64,000 nucleotides of DNA from Octopus vulgaris (taxonomy: Eukaryota), in contig OX597824.1 of NCBI GenBank assembly GCA_951406725.2, positions 58,528,001 to 58,592,000 on the forward strand. Direction: 5' to 3'. Positions 12,975 through 27,136 of the stretch are shown here, piece by piece (position 1 is the first letter of the stretch; every line of letters begins with the position of its first letter). The translations under genes were made by a program, and so were the position numbers. Under the pieces are notes generated by a model. It made no database searches. It saw nothing but the letters and a program-made list of their open reading frames with translations, and was not told the origin of the DNA.

Positions 12975-14429
12975 TACCTACATCATACATACATACATAC
13001 ATACATACATACTTTTGATGTTTGAGTTATGATTTCCTTCTCTTCTCGACTTCCTTCGTATTCGCGTTTTCTCAACAAAACTTTTAGTTCTTGTTTCTTT
13101 ATGTCATTTTTTCTTTGTTTCTTTTTCTTCTTAACCCTAACTTTTCAGCCTTTAAATAAATTCAACAAATTTAACTTAAATGTTATGTTCACTACTGAAT
13201 ACTATAGCACTCAATTGAAAGCCATTTGTCTTCACGTAAAGAAAGGTTGTTGGTGCATACATTTCTTAGATACATATACTTCTTATACTTTTATAGTCTT
13301 TTCCAAGTACTGAGTTCTTACAAAACCCTGTAAACAAATTCAGTGCTTGAATAAGCCAATATGGTGAAACCTCAAAGTCCTAGTCAACTTTAATGTGATT
13401 TATAAACTTGACCCTACTAATAGGGTTCAACTTGATTCAACTAATAGGTTGCAACCTGAATCTACAAAGGAGTTCCAAGTTAATGCTACTAATGAAGTCC
13501 AAGCCGACCCCGCGATCACCGTCACCACCAATGCTAACAGCATATTTTACAGCAATCACCATTACCAACACCATCACTACCATCGCGGAAAAAAAATCAA
13601 CCAGCATTACCACCACAACAGAGTTAGCAGCCCTTACAACAAGAGCAGCAGCAGCAACAATAACATCTGCAGTAATACCATAATCACAACAACAATAGTA
13701 ACAACGCCAATAACAAAAGTACAAAAGGCGGTGACACCAATAACGGTCCCAACATCAATATAAACATAACGACAACCACAACAGCCATTAACATAGGTAG
13801 AACCAACCACCAGCGGCAGCAATAATTTTTAAGTCCGTCCTAGAGAGACGAGACAATATCACATGACATTTGAGAAGAATATATGAATAAAAGGGCTAGA
13901 TGGATGGGGTTAGGGGTTGGTCTGGAAGATGTTAAGATGGAGAGATAGACCGAGAAAGGGAGGGAAGGAGGGAAGAGGCATGGAAAATATGAGAGACGGA
14001 TATAGAGAAAGAGAGGGGAGTTTTATTTTGAAGTGATATATCAAACATAAAAAGGAGGAAGAGGAGGGGGAATACGAGGAAGGATTCGGCTGTATTTAGA
14101 AAAGCAGCATCAATATCTGGAGTGAGGATCAATGGCAGATATAGATTACAAGGAAACACGGATAGATTTCAATGTCTGAAGTATTTAGCCGTTGAACGTA
14201 CATATTAAACTATACAAATCTGCTTAGCACATCACACTGCATATTGATGCTCGCATACACAGCCGCACGTATGTATTTATGTCTTTATGTATATATGTAT
14301 ACTTGCATACACACACGCTTGAATCACAGTTGTACATAATTATGCATCTATTTCGTCACTCACATCCTGCATTCATCGAATGACTAATCTGCATTTTCCT
14401 ATCCTTGTACCCATTCCCACATACACACA

Positions 14430-14495
<66 letters not shown>

Positions 14496-14651
14496 CATTG
14501 CTGCTGCTGCTGTCAAGACCACCATCACCGCAAACATCACCGTCATTGTATCTATGCCATCTTTTTCATGCTAACGGTCATAGTTGTAAATGAATAGCTA
14601 CAGATATGGAGTCATCTCCCTTGACAGAAATCTTAACTCCAATAAATCTTA

Positions 14652-14683
<32 letters not shown>

Positions 14684-14929
14684 GCAGCAACGAAGAAGAA
14701 GAAAGCAACTTCAGACTTAATTAACAATGTATTATTAGAACTGAATTTCAACAGGCTTCGTGTCATGTCCCTTGAGCAAGTTTTTTTTTTAAAAATAAAG
14801 ATCAAGTTTAACAATGTTACCCATACCGTAAATTAATTCACAAGATTCGAGGAAGCCGATTTAACAACACAGTTTCCATTTCCTAGCCCACCAGATTAAG
14901 ATCAAGTTTTCCGAAGTTTGTTTCAGATC

Positions 14930-15365
14930 TTTTGTCACTGTTCCCAACCCTCCACTAGTTATCGGCAGTATTACGATCATTTACTTTCTCATTTCCTTCA
15001 TTTTTTCTCTTGGATATCTCTGAGACATGGTTCTCCTGAGATATTATCTAGATATTTCTCACATCCCTTTGTTATAATACCTAGAACACCCACAATAACC
15101 GGAACAGTTCTCGGTTTAAGATGTCACATCTTTGTGTTTTAATTTCTAGATCCTTATATTTACTCAATTTGTCAAATTCCTTTACAGATATATTTTTATC
15201 AGTAGGAACACTTACATCTATTAGTCTACAAGTATTTTCTTCCCTTGACTTGAAATCCCAGAGGATAGTGACATTTTTACCTTCAGCAGGAGCTCTGATT
15301 TTGTAGTGTTTCCATATTTTCCAATGTAAATACTGTCCTACCCTATTGTGGCGATTTTTGTATGT
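14930..15365 (-). mobile_element. Dong/R4-clade LINE 3' fragment (restriction-like endonuclease)
   Basis: YKNRHNRVGQYLHWKI..VTILWDF..CRLIDVSVPTDKNISVKEFDKLSKYKDLEI..VPVIVGVLG. Next to a trinucleotide array. Confidence 0.8.
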
Positions 15366-15391
15366 TGTTGTTGTTCTTCTTCTTCTTTCTT

Positions 15392-15486
<95 letters not shown>

Positions 15487-15491
15487 CATCA

Positions 15492-15555
<64 letters not shown>

Positions 15556-15584
15556 CATCATCACCACCGCCATCATCATCACAA

Positions 15585-15615
<31 letters not shown>

Positions 15616-15620
15616 TCATT
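15362..15620. repeat. compound trinucleotide microsatellite (TTG/TTC/TTA/TCA/CCA)
   Basis: Directly visible. Confidence 0.95.
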
Positions 15621-15769
15621 TATTGCCTATATTTTAATTTTACTTGCATTCATTGCAGATATGATGAACGCATTTTGGTTCCGATTCCTAGTTTCCGTTG
15701 CATCGGAAGTTTTCTACGTAACAAATTTACAATGTCTCATACGATTTGCTTTTATGTAGCATAGATTCG

Positions 15770-16075
15770 TAACTCCCCGTGTTACTCTTTATGTATTTGT
15801 CAGTATCTTTTAACCATTCCCCAGGCATCCGTTGTTATAGACATTATTTTCATTTTGAGACCCCATATTAAAATTATTTCCATTTCTAGATAAGCCTGTT
15901 TTGATAAATTATTCACTGTAACCACAAATACTTTCGATTAGGAGTCCCGCCTTTCTTGACTGACCTTAACAACAATATGAAGCCAATAGGCCTTCATCGT
16001 TTTTGTTTTTGTGGATTTCACTTATTCCCCAGTGTGGTTTCTTTGACATTAATATTGTTGATAACAAGACCTGTA
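15770..16075 (-). mobile_element. highly degenerate REL-endonuclease LINE fragment
   Basis: Patchy similarity to the RPD..IEV..KY..LE.IWG..IVPII motifs of the Dong-like copies. Confidence 0.35.
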
Positions 16076-16599
16076 GAGGAATACCTGATTAAATATTTCT
16101 TTACATTCTGACTGGAAATCTCACTAGCATCGACTATAATCAATAACAACAGGGTAACAAAAAGTACACAGCTTTACATATTACTCATGATTTTACAAAT
16201 GTCGTGATGAGCAAGGAAAACCTAAATATAAATGTTTAGTAAAAGAAACGTAGTACTATGTCATCGAAAAATTATACCCAGAGCGGTCAAGAGGCTAGTA
16301 GATATATGTATTTGAAAGTACCAATTTAAAGACCTATTAGAGTATAACTAGGTTTATTAATATTTTTATTAAGCTAAATTATATCTTCACAGATAAATAT
16401 ATTTTTCTGTCTATTTACTCTCTTTTTACCTTAAATATTTAACATAATAAATGTTTTGTAGGAAACTGATCCTAATGTTTTAAGTTTCAAATTTAATTAA
16501 TGGAGCTTCTTCTATAAGAAAAATAATTATTTTATTTTATTTATTTTTTAATAGATATTGTTTAGCTCTATTTACTTATTTATTTAAGTATTATTGTTT

Positions 16600-16700
16600 A
16601 ACCTGAAGAGTGACTATAATTTTAAATTGAATTGATTTTCGATTAAATTTAAATTTAATTGCAATTCGAATTTAATTATAGCCATGAAGCGTACGTAGTT
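16600..16700 (+). ncRNA. type-I hammerhead (GAAA>GAAG) in an AT-rich PLE-like 3' end
   Basis: aac CTGAAGA gtgactataa..ttatagccat GAAG cgtacg TA gtt. Confidence 0.65.
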
Positions 16701-17311
16701 TTTTTTTACATATTATATATTGATTATTCATTTTTATACATTTTATGATCTAGTTATATATTTTATAAAAATATATTCTATTTTTTATTCATGATTTGGT
16801 TTATGTCTATCATTGTTTGAATTGCATAATATTATTTTTTTCTCTAATATATATTTTATATATTTATATTATGAAATTTGATTTAATACTAAATTGAATT
16901 TTTCCCTGTAAGTTTGGAGTTATACTCCCTAATATTATATATATATATATATATATATAATGAATAATAATTTAGAAATAGCAGTCAAAGGGTTATAGCT
17001 ATTTCTTCTACTATATATATATATATGTATACACACACGTTATGTGTGTATTTATGTATATATATATATATATATAATATTGTTTTATATATATATATGT
17101 GTGTGTGTGTGTATATGTATATGCATACGCTGTATGTTTGTGTGTATTTGTGTGTATGTAAGCACATCTGTGTATGCTTGTATGTATTTTTGCTGGTAGA
17201 GTTGAGTCTGTTTACATGTGTGAATATGTACATGACTGTGAATGTTTATTTATCTATATATGAGTGCATTCGTGCTTGCTCTTATGTGTGTGGGTGTGTT
17301 TGTGTGTATGT

Positions 17312-17366
<55 letters not shown>

Positions 17367-18151
17367 ATACAAGCATGATCGCAGGTGCGTCAAAATCACG
17401 TTCATTCATATTAAAAGCTTTGGATGTCCACTGTAGCGGAAAGATAAATGAAATGATATTTGTGTATGGTGTGACATAATTAGTAATGAACGAGTGAATG
17501 GTTACCTCCCTTTGTAGGGTTATTATTTTTTATTTTGTTGCCATTACTGTTGGTGATGTTGTTACTGTTGACGCTACGGTTGTTTTGTTGTTGTTGTTGT
17601 GGTGGTGGTGGTGGTGGTGGTGGGTACTTTCATTGCTATTGTTATCGATGATTATGGTGTCGCTGCAGTTGTTGTTGCTGTTTAACATCAGTTCACCACT
17701 AAGGAAACATTGCAGCCGTCGACATCCATAATGCTTTTACCTAACATTTTCTATCTTGTTCAACGTACTACAATGTGTCTAATTAAAGATGGTTAGCTGT
17801 GGTTCTCAGTCTTTTGACAGCTATTTCCAGCAGGTCTAGCAACCACACAGCCTATCCATAAGTGTTTTCTTCTTTTGTGGTTATTTTTTTTGTGTTAATA
17901 ATGTTCACAGTAAAGTTGTGACGGAGAAGGAAACGGCGGTGGTGGTGGTGGTGGTGGCAGTGGTGATAGGACCGGTAGGAGTGGTGATAATTGTAGTGGT
18001 GGTGCCAGTGATGGTGTTGGTGTTGGTGATGTTGATCGGTGATGCCATTTGTTCGTGTTCGATGTTGGGCGTGTCAAGTGACGTTAAGTTATTTATGATG
18101 GACGATGTTAACGACCGACTGACAGAGTGTGCATGTGTGTGTGTGTGAGAC

Positions 18152-18182
<31 letters not shown>

Positions 18183-18858
18183 GACATAGAGAGAGAGGGA
18201 GAGAGGGTGACCACGTTGTATGCAATATGATATACTTGCCACCATCCTTCGAAAGTTTGGTCTTACAATATGGTTTTATAATTCCTGTTTATTTACTGGA
18301 GGGTTGTGTGTAGTGTCATTAATGGTTATTGTTTAGCGAAGCAACCACTGAAATCAGCATTCACTGGATTTGGTCACGTGAACAACAGCAGACAAACAAA
18401 AATTACAGCTACAGATGATGATTGTTAGTTCACCTTTATTATCATCATTATCTTTATCATCATCATCACCATTATAATCGCTGTCATCGTACTAGACGTC
18501 ATCGCCGTCCTCCTCCTCTTCCTCCCCTCACCTCCACCTCCTCATCACATACAGACATACATAAATACATACATACATATACACATACACACATACAGAT
18601 ATGCCCTTTTGTGTGTATGCTCGAAATAAGGAGTAAAAGGACAGCCGACAACTGATGAAGAGTCATTTTTTATGTTACTTGTCTTGTTTTGTATTTGTTT
18701 CTCTCGTTCTTTGTGTACCCAACTTTATTTTCGTATTTCATGTTGTTTACGCTTTGTGACATCCTGTATCCATATATATATAGCTATATACATATATATA
18801 TATGTATGTATGCACATATATGCATGTATATATGCATATATATATATATATGTATTAG

Positions 18859-18919
<61 letters not shown>

Positions 18920-19045
18920 AGACAAAAACCTCTATTAAACAATTCAATAATGAAAGATGTTATCCACACCATATAGAAAACATATACTATAAAAACCTTA
19001 CCGTAAAAATCATAAAGTACAATAAATAATAAATACTAGTAAAAA

Positions 19046-19151
19046 GACTACGCGCGTTTCGCGGCTATATTTTCAAATAGATAATAATAACAAAATCAAT
19101 TCGATTTAAAATTAAATCGATCTATTTAAAAATATAGTCAATCATCATGTC
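19046..19151 (-). ncRNA. type-I hammerhead (C3>A mutated copy)
   Basis: Minus: gac ATGATGA ttgactatattt..aaatatagccgc GAAA cgcgcg TA gtc. Confidence 0.65.
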
Positions 19152-19904
19152 TAAAGTGATTAATAATAATATAAATTATAATAGAATAAACGTACTTATC
19201 TTACCTTATAATAACTATCAAATAAATATATAAAAATGCTTGTATTAACTATAAATAATCGAAAAACATTTAACAATATTTCTTAAAATAAAACTTAAGT
19301 TATCTTATCGAAGCATTTTCGTTAACTAAAAAATTTAAACTTAATACGTAGAAGTTAGCGTTTATAAGAAATATATCGCGTGAAAATATGGCGTAAATCG
19401 AATTTATACAAGAAATAGATAGAAATATGTATTTAAGCTATTAAAATTATTTTATCTGTGAGAATAAGAAAACATTAACTTTAGTATACCATATACTGGA
19501 TAAATTGTAAAGTCTAAATAATTTAAATGCTAAATATGTAAAATACATAATAAACATAAATCAAGCTAAAATTCTGTAATTTCATCTATTTTCATTAATT
19601 AATTTATTTATTTTATACAGATATAATTTTCATCTCATTCTAATTATGTAATATACACTATATAATCTCGTGCTAATTTATAGACATTTTACTACTACAA
19701 ATCATAACTACAACAATTAATAACGTAAAACAGGGTTTATATATATACACAAATTAGCTAAACTTATTAGATAAGTAATTTTAATATTTTTTTCTCTAGT
19801 TTCAGCTCAGAGCTGCGGCCATATTTTCTTATACGTTTATTTGAAAATTAGTATAAGTTAAGTACATTTATTATATTATTATTTTTTCATTATTTATTAT
19901 TTTA

Positions 19905-19974
19905 GACCTGATGAGTGACCATATTTTTAAAAAGAATTAATTTTAGATCGATTTAATTTTAAATCGAATTGATT
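19905..19974 (+). ncRNA. 5' half of a hammerhead, inverted relative to 19046-19151, cut by a SINE
   Basis: gac CTGATGA gtgaccatatttt..tagatcgatttaattttaaatcgaattgatt matches the reverse complement of 19095-19151. Confidence 0.55.
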
Positions 19975-20115
19975 CCGTCTACCAAATTCATCCATAACGC
20001 TTTGGTCGGCCCAAAGCTATTGTTGAAAACATCTGCCCAAGGTGCCATACAGTAGACTGAACCCAGAAGCAGGCAGCTAGGAAGTATGCTTTATACCACA
20101 GAACCACGCCTACGC
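19975..20115 (-). mobile_element. SINE family B, 5' part
   Basis: Minus: gtaggcgtggttctgtggtataaagc..gggttcagtctactgtatggcaccttgggcag. Confidence 0.7.
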
Positions 20116-20242
20116 GTATGTTTGTACACACACACTTCACCTTATTTATATACATGCATGCATGTATGCATAATGTGACCTCGTGTGTACTGTTGGCAAT
20201 TTTTTCCTCTGTCTTCCTTCTCTGGATCTTTCCTTCTCCTAT

Positions 20243-20277
20243 GTTTCCGACGAAGAGCTCCGCTCCAAACGTTAAAC
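20243..20277 (+). ncRNA. minimal hammerhead-like motif (CCGACGA core, G12 mutated)
   Basis: gttt CCGACGA a gagc tcc gctc CAAA cg tt aaac. Confidence 0.5.
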
Positions 20278-20514
20278 CCTCCTTCTTTCCTTCTTTCCTG
20301 AGCGTACAATATTAATATATTTGTTCCACGTCCTCGCGTTGTTGTGTTTTTTTGTGCTTTCTTGCTTGGATTAAATTTATATATATATGCACATATATAA
20401 TATATAACCTTCTAATATATTTATTTGTATATATATATATATATGCACACACACACATATGTACACACACATACACACAATTACACACACTTACACACAC
20501 ATATATATATATGT

Positions 20515-20780
20515 ACTTTATTGAGAAGCAGCAAAAATATATAACAAAAAATATATAACAAAAAAATATATAACAAAAATTGTTACTCGGAGTTTCACAT
20601 TCTCGTTCGTCGGATTTTGTTTAGTTTGTGAACAAAACTGTCCGACGAACGGAAACGTGAAACTATGAGTAACAGTGTTTGTGATATATTTTTGCTGCTT
20701 TTCAATAAAGCATATTACTCTACCTCTGGTATTCGAGTAATATTTTTTCCACCTCGTTTTGCATTTATGTGCTTACTGCG
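20515..20780. mobile_element. small fold-back PLE-like element with a hammerhead in each arm
   Basis: Imperfect palindrome 20515-20712. Plus hammerhead at 20638-20675: ctgt CCGACGA acggaaacgt GAAA ctatgag TA acag. Minus copy at 20581-20614. (AT)n on both flanks. Confidence 0.65.
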
Positions 20781-20787
20781 GTATATA

Positions 20788-21080
<293 letters not shown>

Positions 21081-21215
21081 ACACACACTGTTTCTTTCCC
21101 TTTTACAACATGCTTGTAAATATCTCATTTTTCCCTATTACCCCTTTTGTATTCTCCCTTATTGTATCTTATTTTAACTTATTAAACCTTTTTTCATATC
21201 ATTCCAAAAATTCTT

Positions 21216-21313
21216 TACACTGATGAGAATCACAATGCATAAATTTAATTATAATTACTATGATTATAATTTTTCTTGTATGTTTGTATTGTCCTTTGAA
21301 ACGCGCGTATATA
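21216..21313 (+). ncRNA. type-I hammerhead
   Basis: taca CTGATGA gaatcacaatgca..tgtattgtccttt GAAA cgcgcg TA tata. Stem I has one mismatch. Confidence 0.65.
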
Positions 21314-21551
21314 TTGAATCCTATTTTGTATTAAATCTAAATTTGATGCAACATCTTTTTCTCCTCCATTTTTCTGTAATTGTTTATGGCATATTTATAC
21401 CTATTAGGATATTTTTCAACTACTGTTTTCATATTCATACTAATTGCTCTGGCTGTTGTTTATGAATATGATGAATCTTTATTAGAAATCATTCTTTCTC
21501 TCTTTTTGGACCTCTCAAAAAGTTTGAATTGTTCTTTTTTGAACTTATTTT

Positions 21552-21607
<56 letters not shown>

Positions 21608-22017
21608 TACGTACATATATATGTGTGAGTGTGTGTATGTATATATGCGTGTGTATATAAATATGTTTGTGTATATTCTTTTATTCCATTATACTTTTCA
21701 GCCATATGGCTGCGGTCAAAATACACACACACACACACATTACAATGATCCTCTACTAACTTGCGGATTCAAAGATAAAAGTAATCTTCCCTTACTTGTA
21801 ATATCATGCTGTCCTATCAAGCTTATAAAATATCCCCCACCACGTCTCTTATCTTAATATTCAAACACTTTATAAATGTAAAAATGTAAAAGCACATTGA
21901 ATGTGCAGAATCTTATTCTAAAGTTGAAGACCAAACATGAGAAACAGAATCTCATATGCACCTGTTTCCCAATTAAACACGCTCACATAAAAATCCCATT
22001 ATTTACCAATTAAATAT

Positions 22018-23569
22018 CGGGTCGTTCCATGCGAAATCAACGCAGGTGCCGAAAGTGACCGAAACCGATTTCTTTCAAACTTTGCATGTTAAATGGCCTT
22101 CATATGAAAACTTGAATATGAAATATCTTTTTACCTGAGTTATGATCACTTGAGTTATAACTTAAAGTTATGACTTAAAGTTATAACTTAAAGTTATAAC
22201 TATAAAGTTATGACCACTTTGCTGAGTTATGACCACTTGAAATTTTCTAAACAGTGACATTTTTTCGGTTACTCAATAACTTTGCTACTATCTGAGCTAA
22301 AAAGTTCAATTTATTTTTCATTTTAAAGCATTTAAATATATCTAGAATGTTTATTTAATGTATTTTTCCCTCACAATAAAAATTGACCTAAGAATTGATC
22401 TTTGACCTTTCATAGGTTAAAAAACACGGTCATCGATTTTTTCAAAATTTTGTCCAACATAGTTACAACTCACATACTGGGATCTCTGTAGGAACTGTAG
22501 TTATAAGGGCTTCTATTGACTGTGGTTCATGTTATACAGCCTAATTAAATTTCTTAATTCTTATTTTTATCAGATTAAATATATATAAGCATTTTAGTTA
22601 ATTTCTGGTTACAGATGGATGTAAAAGAAAGATTTTTAGCTAAGCAAGTGAAGTGTTGTGACGCTTTTAAAATGCATAAAGCACCTGTGAAAAAGGGTTT
22701 AAGAACCACAACAGTAGATTTTGCAACAAAATATTCTAAAGCAAGCCTAATTCGTGAACATAAACTATGTAACTCTTGCTGAAAAACCTTGCCAATATTT
22801 CAAATCGAACCGTCATTAGAAGATACATCAACTACTACTGAAGTGATTTCATCATCAACAGTTGTCTTCGTTGAAGAAAATTCAGAATTAGAACTCTTCA
22901 ACAATGTTCTGTCTAAAATTGGAGAGTCTCCAATAAAAAAAACAAAAACAAAAGATAGACACTATCAATATGTATGCTGAGAAAAAGAAAAGAAAAGAAA
23001 TCGAAAACGCTTTTGCTCAAAAGATCTAAATGATTTCACCGGGAAGGAAAGTCGGTGAATCACCAAAAGAGCTTAAAGATCATCACCCAGAAAGTGAAAT
23101 AATCAAGCAGTTAAAAGAAAAATTCGCAGCAACAGAAAAAAGATAAGAAAATCTATAAGTTTTAACAATTCCGCCAAAACGCTAATCTCTGAGAAAACTG
23201 CAAAAAGAGTTCAATGTGCCTGATTGATATTCTGACGCTAAAAGGCTGGTCAATAACCAAAGGATTGTATCACATCCTAGCAACAGAAAAAGCACATTTC
23301 CTTAAGAAACTGCCAATTGTGCTTCTCAGTTTTATAAAATTGAAGTAAGCAGAGCTATTCCAGGAAAAAAAAAAGGATTACAAATCAGTAATAAAAGATA
23401 GCGAAAGAGACCATGAGAAAAAGTACCCCGTACTTTGTAACTTAAAGGAAGCCTTTCAATTGTTGAAATCAAAAAATGCTGAAATCAAAATTAGTTTCTC
23501 AAAATTTGCAGAGCTAAGGCCAAAAGAATGCATATTTGTAGAATTGCGTTGATTTCGTATAGAGTCCAC
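22018..23569 (+). mobile_element. internally deleted DNA transposon, Sola2-like
   Basis: Degenerate TIRs (gggtcgttccatgcgaaatcaacgca / tgcgttgatttcgtatagagtccac), ATAT on both flanks and subterminal 13-bp tandem repeats. Decayed ORF includes KCCDAFKMH..KLCNSC and SRAIPGKK..LCNLKEAF..KISFSKFAELRPKEC. Superfamily is from memory. Confidence 0.6.
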
Positions 23570-23574
23570 ATATT

Positions 23575-23950
23575 CATGTAGAATCACCAACAAGTATCGA
23601 CTAAATAATTATAAAGCAGGTGTTATAAATTATGAAGTAGCAGTTACCTCTTCAAAACTAAACATGACTGAAAGGAAACATAAGCAAGGACTTAACAACA
23701 GTCCTTGTAAGACACTTCGAAAAATATTACGCTGCAAATTTAGGCACCAACATCTGGCAATTAAAGAAAAAGTTTATTGAAAATAACATTATAAAAAGAT
23801 GAAAGTCTTGGACGAATGAAATGAAAAATGTTACCTTCGCTCTGAAGAAAATATTCGGAGACTCAAAAACTTGCATAACAACGATTTTTATAGGAAAACC
23901 AGGTCAAAGAGGTGTTTTTTAAATTCTAAATGGAAGTAATTTAAGAAGCA
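23575..23950 (+). pseudogene. ancient degenerate PLE GIY-YIG remnant (Naiad-like)
   Basis: With frameshifts: CRITNKYRLNN..GVINYEVAVT..MTERKHKQGLNN..EKYYAANLGTNIWQLKKK..EKCYLRSEE. This is colinear with the 3288-3662 protein. Confidence 0.5.
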
Positions 23951-24337
23951 CCTGCTATCAAATTGGGCTATATTAAGTTTATCGTGCTAACATTACCCTC
24001 CAAAACGTACTCCTTATTCATATAAGTGAAACATCCATATTCATTGGTCTTATTTTTCACTTCTCTTTTGTCTCCTGTTTCATCCTCTTCGACAACTCTC
24101 GATGTATTAGTATTGTACGAGTTCCTACATTATTAAACACTACATTATTTAAACACTATTTAACTTTCAGTGTTCAGTCTCATTTGTCATTTATATATTT
24201 ATCATAATAGACCTTTAGGTGTTTAAGATAACAAACTTCTATTTTACACCGACAAAAATGAGGCATCATAAATCGGTTTAATTTATTCATCAAAGCATCA
24301 TACTCTAAATGCTGATATATGTATGTATGTATGCATG

Positions 24338-24395
<58 letters not shown>

Positions 24396-26252
24396 CCGTG
24401 TTCCCTGAATATAAGACCTACCATGATTTTTCGGGATGATTTTAATATAACCCTTTCCCTAGTTGACAGCAGCAGACAAAAGAAAGAAATAAGCAGCCTC
24501 TTCATATTGATTGAAATCGCTTTGTTGCGGTATGTACACTGTTCAAAATATCTTTTCGCCGGCTAAAAATAACGACGTCGCAAAATCTATCCTGGTGTCT
24601 CTTTCGTAACTCTAATATTAACAAGCTATACATCAATCGGCAGTCCATATTCGGAGCTTTCAAATGTGTCGTGTAACATTTTCATCAATGGTCAGTACTA
24701 GTCAGTAGTTGAAAAAAATAATAAAGTACACATTTTTTGTCATGGCAAAAATCTCTCAGAAAACAATATGAGGAAATTGATTGGGAAATCATTTGTCAGG
24801 TTATTTCCACTCCAAGACGAGTGCAAGAAGAAAAATTTATTCCTTCAAGTACAAGAAAGGACTCGTGGAGAAATAACTGTTTTCTGCAAAGAAAAGAATT
24901 TGGATCTCTGAATGGTCCGAAAATGGCGAGTAGACTACGATAAACTCAGTCAACAAGTAGACAAGGAAAATGCAAAGAAGCGCAAATGTGGATCAGGTCG
25001 GCAATCATTATTTTCTGAGCTGGAAGACATCATCTGTGAATGGAGTTGCTGACTGATATTCAAGCATTTACCCTTGCAAATGCACCACAATTTGGTATAT
25101 TTCCTGAAGAATTCAAAGCATCACAACACTGGCGGAGTGGTTTCCTTCAACGACATGAACTTTCTCTTAGAAGGACGACAACACTCTTCAAACTAGAATT
25201 TAAGTCCTTTGTTGATGGGATAGACTTTTCTAAATGCAGTCTCTCCAGCATAAATGCTGTGGATGAAGCTGCAGCCATGGGCCAAGGATCTCAATCGACA
25301 ATTGATCAAAGGAGTTAGTCGATCTACATTCGCTCCACTCGTTACGAAAGTGTACGAGTTACATGTATTTTGACAAGTCGTCTGGATGGAAGTAAAGCCC
25401 CACCTCTAATCATCACTAAAGACAGAAAGGATAAAATTGAACGTTTTTCAGGCATCTGGAAACTAAAAAGGCATGGTGCACACAGCTAGCTTTAAGGAAG
25501 TGGATCGATTTCATGTGGCCATTTATTTTGCAAGGAGGCCAAAAAAGTCTGATAGTCTGGGATTCAGCCAGCACGCATCGCGCAAAAGACACGAAGAACT
25601 TCTTGGCAGAAAGAAGAGAGATCAAATCATGAATCTTGCAGGAATCACTGCCTATCTCCATACTCTTGATATTGCAATAAATAAACTATTCAAGAACTAT
25701 TTACGCATGGAAATCAATGATTACATTGAAAACAGAATGGTAAGAAATCAGCGTGGAAATTTTGTGAAACCCAGTCTGCAAGAGATCGTCACTTGGGTGA
25801 TGAATTCATGGAACAAAATCACTGACAGCTGTGTTGCCAATGCACTACGAGTAAGCTATCTGAACAAGGACTTCTCATTCAATAAAACCTCTATTGCTCG
25901 ACATGAGAGATTGAAGACGAAACTACTGCAAGAAATGGAGTCACACGAAAACTCTGCAGGAATTTTGGAATCCGGTGATTTGCAGAACAACGAGATTCCA
26001 GAGGAGGATGGACATAGCTGCTTTTGAATAAATTGTTGTTAATGAGATTCTGAGTAAAAGAACATGTATATGGCCAGGTAAATGTAGACTGTGTTTCGTC
26101 ATTTCTGTTTATTTAGTAATTTCATAATTTTCTATTTCGTAATGTCATTTTTCGGTGCATGAAAAAAGCATGAACTCGCCTAAAAATAAACCTTGGTGCG
26201 TGATTTCGGGGTGAAAATTAATATAGGCCGTTTTATTTTCGGGGAAATACAA
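24396..26252 (+). mobile_element. pogo-like (CENP-B HTH + DDE_1) DNA transposon, decayed
   Basis: TA followed by TIR ccgtgttccctgaatataagacct, with an inverted right end ttattttcggggaaatac. ORF pieces GSGRQSLFSELEDIICEW, FKASQHWRSGFLQRHELSLRRTT, VWDSASTH and GITAYLHTLDIAINKLFK. Confidence 0.85.
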
Positions 26253-26601
26253 AATATATATATATATAAATCCCCTCACTAAAAACGAAACCCCTTTCTT
26301 TTGTGTGTACACATTTATATTCCCCTCCCCTTACTGAAAGCTGAACAGTTATCTCCCTTGCCCACAACAGCAACAAACAACAATAATAACGATAACCAAT
26401 TACCCCCACTTATTTTTCTCCTTGTGAAGTCATTCACTCCTAAATATCATCACACACAACAAGGACAAACATTTCTTCATAAGAAAATACATATTCAAAT
26501 AAGTAAACCATAATATCATGACTAGCGAAAGCGAAACCGGTCGATATATCAAAAATTATATTAAAACTATGTAAAGTGTGTGTATTTTCCTTTTTTAATT
26601 T

Positions 26602-26662
<61 letters not shown>

Positions 26663-27099
26663 ATATATACACATTCAGGCACACATACTCATATATGTAC
26701 ACACATACGCTACGTGTATATGTGTGGGTGGGGTGCGCGCGTGTGTGCGTGTACATGCATGCGTTTGTCTGCCTAAGAATGCATAATTCTGAAGACGCCA
26801 AAGAAATCTCACATCAAAGTCAGAGAGATCAATGTTAGGCAGATCCACCCAACCCAGTCTCAAACTACAAGAACAACATCAACAACAGTAAGAACACCAC
26901 CACCACCTTCGCCTCTTACCAAGGCAAAAGCAAACAACAAGAATACTCACACGCAAAATGTGAAAAAACGGGGAACTGATTACGAACACTGAACAAGTCA
27001 AAAGGCAACAGCAAAGAAAAAGTTAAGTACAACAAAAACAACAACAATGACAAACAATGACAACAATAACAACTAAGAATGTAATAACAACAAACATAA

Positions 27100-27136
<37 letters not shown>

